Assembly (NCBI GenBank): GCA_049511795.1
Contig: JBEKXS010000001.1
Location: 150,001-182,000, forward strand
Direction of reading: 5' to 3'
Source: Candidatus Saccharimonadota bacterium
GTDB lineage: Archaea; Nanobdellota; Nanobdellia; Pacearchaeales; GW2011-AR1
DNA length: 32,000 nucleotides
The position numbers and the translations under genes are program-made. This document shows positions 1 to 7,225 of the stretch, piece after piece (the stretch's first letter is position 1; each line of letters begins with the position of its first letter). The notes beneath the pieces were generated by a model that did not search any database, was not told where the DNA came from, and saw only the letters and a list, made by a program, of their open reading frames with translations.

Positions 1-788
1 CTGAAAGCTATATTTCTGTGATTTATTTTACAACCCTGATTTCATTCATTGCATCTATTTTTGTAATGATTTTTTTCCTTTTCTTTGACCTTATTGCCAC
101 GCCGCCATTCCTGGTTGCAACAAAGACAGCAATCACAACAAGATTTTTGGAAACTTTCTGGATTCTTATTGTTCTTCCTGCTATTGTTTTTATTTTTGCA
201 TATTTTTACCCGACGCTGGAGAAAAGATCCCTGGAAACAAGAATAAATGAAGAGCTTCCTTTTGCAGTAATCCACATGTCCTCTGTTTCAAGGTCAATGA
301 TTGAGCCAAGCAAGATTTTCTCGATTATTATTGCTACAGGAGAATATCCTCATCTTGAAAAAGAATTTACAAAACTTTTCAATGATGTCAACATTTACGG
401 CTATGACCTTGTTACTGCATTAAGGGATATGGCATTCAACAGCCCAAGCAGAAAGCTTTCTGATTTGTACAATGGGCTTGCAACAACAATAACTTCTGGC
501 GGAGATCTTCCGGAATTTTTTGATAAAAGGGCGCAGACTCTTCTTTTTGACCATCGTCTTGAAACAGAAAAGCATGCAAAAGCTGCAGAAACATTCATGG
601 ATATTTACATAAGCGTTGTCATAGCTTCTCCAATGATTCTTATGCTTTTGCTTGTAATGATGAGCGCAAGCGGCCTTGGATTAAGCCTGAGCACTTCAAT
701 GATAAGCCTGATTATGGTTTTGGCAGTCACCTTGATGAATGTTTTATTCCTCGTATTTTTACACCTAAAACAGCCAGGAGGAGAATAA
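1..788 (+). CDS. Type IV pilus/archaellum-type platform membrane protein (T2SS-F / FlaJ-TadC-like), possibly 5'-truncated by the window edge
   Basis: Frame is open from nt 3 to the TAA at 786-788, so GTG at 18 is only the first possible in-window start. Two N-terminal TM helices are followed by a cytoplasmic helical domain of T2SS-F/FlaJ type (EELPFAVIHMSSVSRSMIEPSKIF...TITSGGDLPEFFDKRA) and then C-terminal TM helices. Confidence 0.7.
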   Translation, partial: ESYISVIYFTTLISFIASIFVMIFFLFFDLIATPPFLVATKTAITTRFLETFWILIVLPAIVFIFAYFYPTLEKRSLETRINEELPFAVIHMSSVSRSMIEPSKIFSIIIATGEYPHLEKEFTKLFNDVNIYGYDLVTALRDMAFNSPSRKLSDLYNGLATTITSGGDLPEFFDKRAQTLLFDHRLETEKHAKAAETFMDIYISVVIASPMILMLLLVMMSASGLGLSLSTSMISLIMVLAVTLMNVLFLVFLHLKQPGGE

Positions 789-804
789 AAATAAAAGATA
801 AAAA

Positions 805-1671
805 ATGGAACTAAAAAAAGGATATTGGGTCGGAATTGCATTCGGATTCCTAATTGTACTTGCCTCTCTTGCTTTCATAGGAACAAGATTTTTCCTTTTC
901 ATAATTGGTATAGGGATTTTGACAATAGCTGCGCCTTTTGTGCTGGCAACAATAAATGAAACAAATGCAGCAACTGAGAAAGAAGACATGTTCCTTGAAT
1001 TTGCAAGAAATCTTGTTGAAAGCGTGAAAACAGGAACGCCAATAAGCAAGAGCATTGTCAATGTAAAGGACAAGCCATATGGCGTCTTGAGCGAGAACAT
1101 AAAAAAGCTTGCAAACCAAATTTCAATGGGAATACCATTGAACTCTGCGCTTCAAACATTTTCAAAAGATGTAAACAACAAAACTATTTCGAGGGCGCTA
1201 ACATTAATAGGGCAGGCAGAAAAAAGCGGCGGAGAAATTGGAGGAATTCTTGAATCTGTTACAGAAGCTGTCAGCACTTCTGACAGGCTGAAAAAAGAAA
1301 GGAAGGCAGCAATCTCAAGCCTTGTTGTCGAGGGATACATAATTTTCCTTGTGTTCATAGTTATTATTCTTGTCCTTCAATTCCAGATTCTTCCAATGAT
1401 TACAAACATAGTTCCTTCTGGTTCATCTTTAGGATTAGGAGGAATAGGAGGCCTTGGCGGAATTGGCGGGGGCGGAGGACAGCCAATAGACAAAACGCAA
1501 ATAGCAAATGCTTTCCTTTATCTGCTTCTTATTCAGGCATTTTTCACAGGCTTGACAATAGGAATGCTTTCTGAAGGCAGCATGAAGCCGGGAATAAAGC
1601 ACTCTTTCATCCTTATGGCAATTGCATTCTTGATTTCAGCAGGAGCAAATGTTTTGTTTGGGGGTGCTTAA
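805..1671 (+). CDS. Second T2SS-F / FlaJ-TadC-like pilus platform membrane protein
   Basis: Same architecture as the upstream ORF: N-terminal TMs, cytoplasmic domain (FLEFARNLVESVKTGTPISKSI...GQAEKSGGEIGGILESV), C-terminal TMs. Contains a Gly-rich loop GLGGIGGLGGIGGGGG. Confidence 0.7.
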   Translation: MELKKGYWVGIAFGFLIVLASLAFIGTRFFLFIIGIGILTIAAPFVLATINETNAATEKEDMFLEFARNLVESVKTGTPISKSIVNVKDKPYGVLSENIKKLANQISMGIPLNSALQTFSKDVNNKTISRALTLIGQAEKSGGEIGGILESVTEAVSTSDRLKKERKAAISSLVVEGYIIFLVFIVIILVLQFQILPMITNIVPSGSSLGLGGIGGLGGIGGGGGQPIDKTQIANAFLYLLLIQAFFTGLTIGMLSEGSMKPGIKHSFILMAIAFLISAGANVLFGGA

Positions 1672-2403
1672 ATGGTTTTGAAATTAAAAAAGAACAGGCG
1701 CAACAAGCGTGGTTCCCAGGTCGAGTTTGTTGTTTCTTTTGTCCTTTTTGTGACGTTCATAATTTTTGTATATCTTCTTCTTAGCTCAAAGATAGATTTT
1801 GGGCAAGGCAAAAAAAATTCCCTTGACAATGCTGAAACCGGAATTTTGAACATTGTTACTGGAAACCTGGCAGTGACTTCTGTAAGTGTAAATAGTGGCT
1901 CAGGAAGCTGTTTTACATTTACTGGTTTGGCAAGCACTTTAGGGTTAAGTAATAATATTATGGCACAAAATAGTTCTGGAGCAAATGTTTCTGCATATTC
2001 TGATGGAACAAGTATTTCAATTGATTCTCCATCAACATTTTTTACAATTTATAATTCTCCTGAATTTCCACCTTCACCTGGAAGTTTGGGATGTACACCA
2101 CCTTTAGCTGAAGGAACAGGGTACACAATAGGACTTTCAAAAAACCAGTCTGCTATTTTTGAAACAAAAATTCTTGAGGCATTTTCAAATTACACTTCAA
2201 ATTATACTGCAATGAAAAAAGCAATTCAGGTTTTCCCTGGAGATGATTTTGGAATGAAATTCACATACCAAAACGGCACAGTAATAAAAACAGCTATGAC
2301 AAATTCATCAATAAGCATTTTCGCAGACAATATTCCAATTCAATATGTAAATCAAAACTCAGGACTAATGCAATTTGGCTCTCTTGAAGTTGATGTTTGG
2401 TAA
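1672..2403 (+). CDS. Archaeal type IV pilin-like protein (class III / prepilin-type signal peptide)
   Basis: N-terminus KKNRRNKRG-SQVEFVVSFVLFVTFIIFVYLLL has a basic stretch, a Gly, then a hydrophobic helix with an early Glu. The body is S/T/N-rich with many N-x-S/T sequons. The ATG abuts the upstream stop (TAAATG at 1669-1674). Confidence 0.6.
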   Translation: MVLKLKKNRRNKRGSQVEFVVSFVLFVTFIIFVYLLLSSKIDFGQGKKNSLDNAETGILNIVTGNLAVTSVSVNSGSGSCFTFTGLASTLGLSNNIMAQNSSGANVSAYSDGTSISIDSPSTFFTIYNSPEFPPSPGSLGCTPPLAEGTGYTIGLSKNQSAIFETKILEAFSNYTSNYTAMKKAIQVFPGDDFGMKFTYQNGTVIKTAMTNSSISIFADNIPIQYVNQNSGLMQFGSLEVDVW

Positions 2404-2406
2404 AAA

Positions 2407-2829
2407 ATGAAAAAACAAGGATGGATAAGAATTGTCGAGGCAATGATGGCTATACTTTTGATAGCAGCTGTTGTTTTGATAGCTATAAGTTCAAATCAAA
2501 GGCTAGACCAGGATATTTCTCAGAAAATTTATGCAGTTGAGGCAAACACATTGAAGGAAATACAGTTTAATGATAGTGCAAGAGCAGAAATATTAAGTGC
2601 TAGCTCTGTTCCTGTTGCATGGGCTAATTTTCCAGCAAACACAAAAACAATAATAACACAAAATGCCCCAAGCTCTATGCAATGCCAAGGAAGAATTTGC
2701 TCAACCAGCGACCCTTGTCTATTAGAAGGAGTAAACACGCCAAGCAAAACAGTTTATGCCTCAGATGTTGTAATAACTGCAAACCTAACGAGCTATAATC
2801 CACTGCTTCTGAAGATTTTCTGCTGGTAA
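2407..2829 (+). CDS. Small pilin-like protein (prepilin-type N-terminus)
   Basis: MKKQG-WIRIVEAMMAILLIAAVVLIAISS has a basic residue plus Gly followed by a hydrophobic helix with Glu. It starts 3 nt after the upstream pilin-like gene. Confidence 0.55.
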   Translation: MKKQGWIRIVEAMMAILLIAAVVLIAISSNQRLDQDISQKIYAVEANTLKEIQFNDSARAEILSASSVPVAWANFPANTKTIITQNAPSSMQCQGRICSTSDPCLLEGVNTPSKTVYASDVVITANLTSYNPLLLKIFCW

Positions 2830-2832
2830 AAA

Positions 2833-3504
2833 TTAATTATTTTTTAGGTATTCAACACATTTATCAATCAAAACATCAAAATCTTTTTCTTTTTTCCATT
2901 GTTTTACTATAAATTGTCTAATCTTTACATGAGAAGGATAACCTTTATCTTTTTCTTTTAGAATATCTTTAAATTCCACATTCAGTAAGACTGTAAGCGC
3001 TTCTTTTAAATCCTGAAATTTTCCTTCGCTTAATGTTTTTCTTATTTCATCTTCAAAATAATAATGAAATTGTAGATGCATTACTTCATGAGCAATCACT
3101 AGAGAGGCATCATTAGTGAAGATATTAGCCATGAAAGAGATATTTTTTATGCTATAGGGACATCTTCCTATTGTAGTAAAATAACATGTAAATTTTTTTG
3201 TATAAATTTTCCTTTTGGTGATTTTTTCAAGTTTCTTAAAATATCTTTTTTCTATCTTTTTCCAAGCAGATTTTATTAATTTAGAATGTTTTTGAAATCT
3301 TTTTTTATCTTTAGGATAACCTCTTTTTAGCATATTAAGAAGATATGTTCTGCTTTTTTTCCACGTTTTGCCGCGAACTTTTTTTACTACTTCTGGTCTC
3401 ATGATTTTTGAAAAGTCATAGCCCCATTTTGAGCTAGAATTAGCAGCCTTGTAATAATTTTCTGCATCTTTTTCAATATCAAATTTGAAAATAACTTTTG
3501 GCAT
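2833..3504 (-). CDS. Hypothetical Lys-rich protein with an HExxH motif (putative metallohydrolase), translationally coupled to rtcB
   Basis: 223-aa ORF. HEVMH lies at nt 3076-3090 in the context LVIAHEVMHLQFHYYFEDE (HExxHLxxH, reminiscent of the SprT/WLM/DUF45 kind of zincins). Its ATG is 2 nt after the rtcB stop, with GGAG 8-11 nt upstream. No family recognised with certainty. Confidence 0.55.
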   Translation of the reverse strand: MPKVIFKFDIEKDAENYYKAANSSSKWGYDFSKIMRPEVVKKVRGKTWKKSRTYLLNMLKRGYPKDKKRFQKHSKLIKSAWKKIEKRYFKKLEKITKRKIYTKKFTCYFTTIGRCPYSIKNISFMANIFTNDASLVIAHEVMHLQFHYYFEDEIRKTLSEGKFQDLKEALTVLLNVEFKDILKEKDKGYPSHVKIRQFIVKQWKKEKDFDVLIDKCVEYLKNN

Positions 3505-3506
3505 TT

Positions 3507-4664
3507 TTAATCTCCTTTCCAGTTTATGAACGGCTTGAGATGATTTAAAACTTTTATTGAATCTTTTTGCAAATCAAGAACCTTGTAAATGTCCTTGTAT
3601 GCTTCAGGAGCTTCATCGACAATGCTTTGAGAAAAATTACCTGTAACATTTGCTTCCTGCATTTCATTTTTGAAAAATTCAGGGCTTATTCTCTTTCTTG
3701 CCTCTTGCCTGCTCATCAATCTTCCTGCACCATGTGAAGATGAGGAAATAAAATCCTTGTTTCCTTTTCCAACAACAAGAAAAGAGCCTTCCCTCATGTT
3801 TGCAGGTATGATTCCTTTCTCTCCTTTCTTTGCAGGAGTAGCACCTTTTCTATGAACAAAAAGTCCTGATTCTTTAAGCGCGTGATTATGATTCTTGTTT
3901 GTCCAGATAATGTATTTTATCTTTTTTCCAAGAACTTTTTCAATTGCAAGAACTGCCTGCCTTGTTATCTCAAGCCTGTTTAGCTCTGCAAACTCAAGGC
4001 AAAAATCAAGAATGTTCAAATATTCTTTTCCTTCCTGGGATGTTGAGAGAATTGCATGGGTTTCTTCAAAACCCTGGCTTTTTCCAGAGGATTTTTTCAT
4101 ATAAAGCGTTGCAAACCTATAGCCAACTCCCCTAGAACCAGAATGAATGACTATATATGGGTTGTTTTCCTCATCAAAATCCATTTCTATAAAATGATTT
4201 CCAGAGCCGAGTGTTCCAAGATTCCTAATTGGGTTTCCAGATTGCAAAAAATCAAGGACTTTTTTGTCATAGGGCTTTTTTTTGAATTTTTCAAGTATTT
4301 TTTTGAATTCTTTTTTTGTTTCCTCTGTTATTTTGTTTTCTGTTTTATGAATTTCTCCAAGACCCATTGGAATTCTCTTTTTTACTTCTCTGTAAATCTC
4401 TTTTGAATTTTTCTGCAAAATAGGCAGAAGATTTTTTGGTAGTTTTACAGCTGTCATTCCACACCCAATGTCATAGCCGACCCAGGCAGGAACAAAATAA
4501 TTTTTAGTTACCAAAACAGCGCCGATTGGAGCAACATAGCCCACATGGGCATCTGGCATTAACGCTGCTTTTACAACATACGGCTCTAAATAGCATGTTT
4601 TAAACTGGGAAAGAGTTTCCTCGTCGGCGTCCAGTGCAAAATTATGTATCTTTTTTACATCCAT
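3507..4664 (-). CDS. rtcB: RNA 3'-phosphate/5'-OH ligase RtcB (short form, 385 aa)
   Basis: RtcB motifs occur in the canonical order: LMPDAHVGY, GYDIGCGM, LGSGNHFIE, HSGSRGVG, NHNH, SSSHGAGR. Confidence 0.9.
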   Translation of the reverse strand: MDVKKIHNFALDADEETLSQFKTCYLEPYVVKAALMPDAHVGYVAPIGAVLVTKNYFVPAWVGYDIGCGMTAVKLPKNLLPILQKNSKEIYREVKKRIPMGLGEIHKTENKITEETKKEFKKILEKFKKKPYDKKVLDFLQSGNPIRNLGTLGSGNHFIEMDFDEENNPYIVIHSGSRGVGYRFATLYMKKSSGKSQGFEETHAILSTSQEGKEYLNILDFCLEFAELNRLEITRQAVLAIEKVLGKKIKYIIWTNKNHNHALKESGLFVHRKGATPAKKGEKGIIPANMREGSFLVVGKGNKDFISSSSHGAGRLMSRQEARKRISPEFFKNEMQEANVTGNFSQSIVDEAPEAYKDIYKVLDLQKDSIKVLNHLKPFINWKGD

Positions 4665-4809
4665 GGCATAACCAAAGCTAAGAACTTTAAGAAAGTTGTG
4701 GGAATAGGGCCTAAAGAGATATTTATACTCCCTTTATAGTGACAACAAACATAAGATTTATATACTTCAACTTCATAGAATTTTTATATAAAATGAGGCT
4801 TAAAATACG
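4665..4809. promoter_or_regulatory. Divergent promoter region (rtcB operon leftward, surface-protein gene rightward)
   Basis: TATA-like tttttatataaaa at 4781-4793 lies about 20-25 nt before ATG 4810, implying a leaderless or short-leader mRNA. On the other strand, tataaaggg / agtataaatatc (plus coordinates about 4717-4738) lies upstream of the rtcB ATG at 4664. Confidence 0.45.
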
Positions 4810-6696
4810 ATGAAAAATAACCTTATTAGCAAACTGAAAAGGGGAATGTATAATGGATTAACAGTTGGTGCTTTGGGGCTTTCTTTGCTTGGTGTTGGAT
4901 GTGGTGATAGCCCAACGCAACCTAAAGTATACAATGATCCAGTAAGCAGTCTTCAGGGTTCTCCATTATCTGGAGTTGCGCCACTTGAATCAAGAGTTAC
5001 AGCCGGATGCACAGCTGATGCAGGAATTGAAAGCTACAAGATAATGCTGAATGGGAATTATTTAACAAACACAAATCCAATTGACACTTCAATTAGCTCA
5101 AACAACAACGCTTCTTTAAGCTCAGAATGCAAGGACAGGGCAGGAAAGATTGTAACTAAAAAAATAGATTTTACAGTTGCTCAACCTTCATTTTCTGATA
5201 CGGCTATGGTTTCAGATTCTGCAAATATAGTTTATAATGCGACTATGAATGTTTCGCAGGCAGAGAGAAAAACGTTCAGGAATGACAGCTTGATTGGAAC
5301 AAAGACAATAACGGGACCAACATATTCAGACACAATTTTTAATGCCCCTGAAGGCAATTATTATTTCACAAATAATATTAATTCAAATACAGCAAAAGTT
5401 ACTAAATCAAGTTATGTAACTCTTGATACATCCGGTCTGCAGACAGACACAATAGAAGGTGGAGTTATAGGATTCAATCTTGCTTCAAGAATGCACAGTC
5501 CAGGAATCAATCCTGTTCATCTAACAAATGCTGTTCCTTTAGATACAATAACAAATGTACAAAGGAATGGAGATTCTGTAGCAATAACTGCCCTTAGAAA
5601 TAACACAGGACCATATAGTGTGAAGTTCAGCATGAAAGCTGCAAATGGAGACACTGGTTCTTATGTTTTCAAAGGAAATATTCATGATGTTCCAGACATT
5701 TCAGGAAAATTCCAAGATGTAAAAACTTATAACGGAGTTAGAGGAAAAATAAAAGTACAAGGAGTAAGTGGGGGAAATATAATCCCATTAACAACAAATA
5801 ATTCTGATTCTATTGGATACTTGCCTACAGATTCAGTAGGAAATTTCAGCTTCAGAGTAAACAAAAGAAGCTCGAGCTTAGACAGTCTTGTTTTGCAATT
5901 CAGAGAAGTGAATGCGCAAGGAGATTCTTTAGGTTTTGTCAGGAGAATAAACATTCCCGTAAGAGATACCGACAGTTTACTAGTTAGAGGATATCCTTTC
6001 CCGGACTCAATTCCTGCAGATACTTTTATAACATTTATGGATTCATTGGGTGGAAGTATTCCAGATACACGATTTGATATTTATGGACAGTATATTCTTA
6101 AGTTTGGTGGGTTACAGGGAATTGAGATTCTTCCATCTTTTGAAGGAGATTTATACAATTCGCAAAGAGATAGTATAAAAAACCAAATATTAGATCCAAA
6201 GAATATAAGTGGAATAATTGGAAGATATAATATAGAAAATAATCAAGTTATTATAGAAGATCAAGGTCATTACAAACCAGATACAACAGTTTTCTACGGA
6301 CAAAAATTTATATCTATAACTCCAGATCCAGGCTGGATAATAGTGGCGCCTGATTCAAATATTCTAAGACAATATGGGGCTAGTGGTATGACTCAAACTT
6401 TTGGTACAGGTACAGAATACGGAGCTGTTGTTTATTTGGATCCTTGGAGTGATAGTTTGCATATTAATGGGGGCATAATAGCAAGGGAATTTGGACATGC
6501 TTTTATAGGATCTGGGGAGCCAGAAATGATTCCTTATCAAACAATTATGAATACATCATCGCATTTAAGAACAGTTGGGTATGCAGATAAAGAAGCAGGT
6601 AGGATTATTTATGAACCAACTTTTATGATTCCTGCAGGAATACTACCTGCCCATGTTGACCGTTTAGAAAATATTTTGGGTTCAAAGTTCAAATAA
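4810..6696 (+). CDS. Large secreted or lipid-anchored surface protein (lipobox-like signal, Ig/PKD-like beta-rich body)
   Basis: N-terminus KLKRGMYNGLTVGALGLSLLGVGC-GDSP has a signal peptide ending in a lipobox-like Cys. The body is N/S/T-rich. A PKD-like start (SPLSGVAPLESRVTAGCT) is present. No catalytic motif could be confirmed. Confidence 0.7.
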   Translation: MKNNLISKLKRGMYNGLTVGALGLSLLGVGCGDSPTQPKVYNDPVSSLQGSPLSGVAPLESRVTAGCTADAGIESYKIMLNGNYLTNTNPIDTSISSNNNASLSSECKDRAGKIVTKKIDFTVAQPSFSDTAMVSDSANIVYNATMNVSQAERKTFRNDSLIGTKTITGPTYSDTIFNAPEGNYYFTNNINSNTAKVTKSSYVTLDTSGLQTDTIEGGVIGFNLASRMHSPGINPVHLTNAVPLDTITNVQRNGDSVAITALRNNTGPYSVKFSMKAANGDTGSYVFKGNIHDVPDISGKFQDVKTYNGVRGKIKVQGVSGGNIIPLTTNNSDSIGYLPTDSVGNFSFRVNKRSSSLDSLVLQFREVNAQGDSLGFVRRINIPVRDTDSLLVRGYPFPDSIPADTFITFMDSLGGSIPDTRFDIYGQYILKFGGLQGIEILPSFEGDLYNSQRDSIKNQILDPKNISGIIGRYNIENNQVIIEDQGHYKPDTTVFYGQKFISITPDPGWIIVAPDSNILRQYGASGMTQTFGTGTEYGAVVYLDPWSDSLHINGGIIAREFGHAFIGSGEPEMIPYQTIMNTSSHLRTVGYADKEAGRIIYEPTFMIPAGILPAHVDRLENILGSKFK

Positions 6697-6718
6697 TTCT
6701 CCTATAAATAATAAGACA

Positions 6719-6732
6719 AGAATATTTATAAA
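6719..6732 (+). promoter_or_regulatory. TATA-box promoter core agaatatttataaa
   Basis: Same 14-mer as at 9115-9128. It lies about 55 nt upstream of ATG 6784. A GAGGGG Shine-Dalgarno-like element sits at 6775-6781. Confidence 0.45.
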
Positions 6733-6783
6733 ACTCTTTTGATTTAATAGATAAGAAAAAAATGGTCGGTAAAAAGAGGGGAA

Positions 6784-7218
6784 ATGAGTGCTAAAAAAGT
6801 CATAATAATTTCTACAATTATCATTATTATTGCAGCTGTTATTGTATTTTTTGTATTTCTTAATAAACAAAAACCAGACCCTGTTTCTGCTCAGTGTGCA
6901 TTTGCATGTCAAAGCGGGCAAAAAACTGCCTTCTGTGATGTTGAATTAACTCTAAATGACAAAACTCTTGCTACATGTTATAATCTCTCTACAAATTCTC
7001 AATATTCATCATACAATGTTCAAGCTTGTCCTTCAATATCCTGTACTTTATCAGCACAGCAAGCAGCTCATTTAGCAGACCAAACATGCATAACTGGACT
7101 TGGAGGAGCGTGGCAAACTCCTATAAATGGAATGTGCCCTCAAACAAAGATAACTGCCGTTATACAGTTAACCCCTTCAGATCAATCTCCAATAGCAGGG
7201 CAAATTTGTTGTAGATAA
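6784..7218 (+). CDS. Small N-terminally anchored, Cys-rich extracellular protein
   Basis: One N-terminal TM (VIIISTIIIIIAAVIVFFVFL) is followed by about 110 aa containing about 10 Cys and ending in ICCR. No known family recognised. Confidence 0.6.
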   Translation: MSAKKVIIISTIIIIIAAVIVFFVFLNKQKPDPVSAQCAFACQSGQKTAFCDVELTLNDKTLATCYNLSTNSQYSSYNVQACPSISCTLSAQQAAHLADQTCITGLGGAWQTPINGMCPQTKITAVIQLTPSDQSPIAGQICCR

Positions 7219-7225
7219 AAATAAA

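Noticed and set aside
1432-1482. GGA/GGC-rich run (GLGGIGGLGGIGGGGG) as a possible microsatellite or regulatory repeat.
   Set aside because: It is in frame inside the platform-protein gene between TM segments. It is best explained as a low-complexity Gly loop, and there is no exact nucleotide periodicity.
2833-3504. The rtcB-coupled ORF as archease.
   Set aside because: The size (223 aa against about 140) and sequence do not resemble archease. The only recognisable element is HExxH.
6480-6530. IAREFGHAFIGSGE in the 628-aa surface protein as a metzincin-type HEFGHxxG zinc site.
   Set aside because: The first His ligand is Arg and the spacing to the Gly and third ligand does not fit HExxHxxGxxH. 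At most it is a degenerate relic, not evidence of protease activity.
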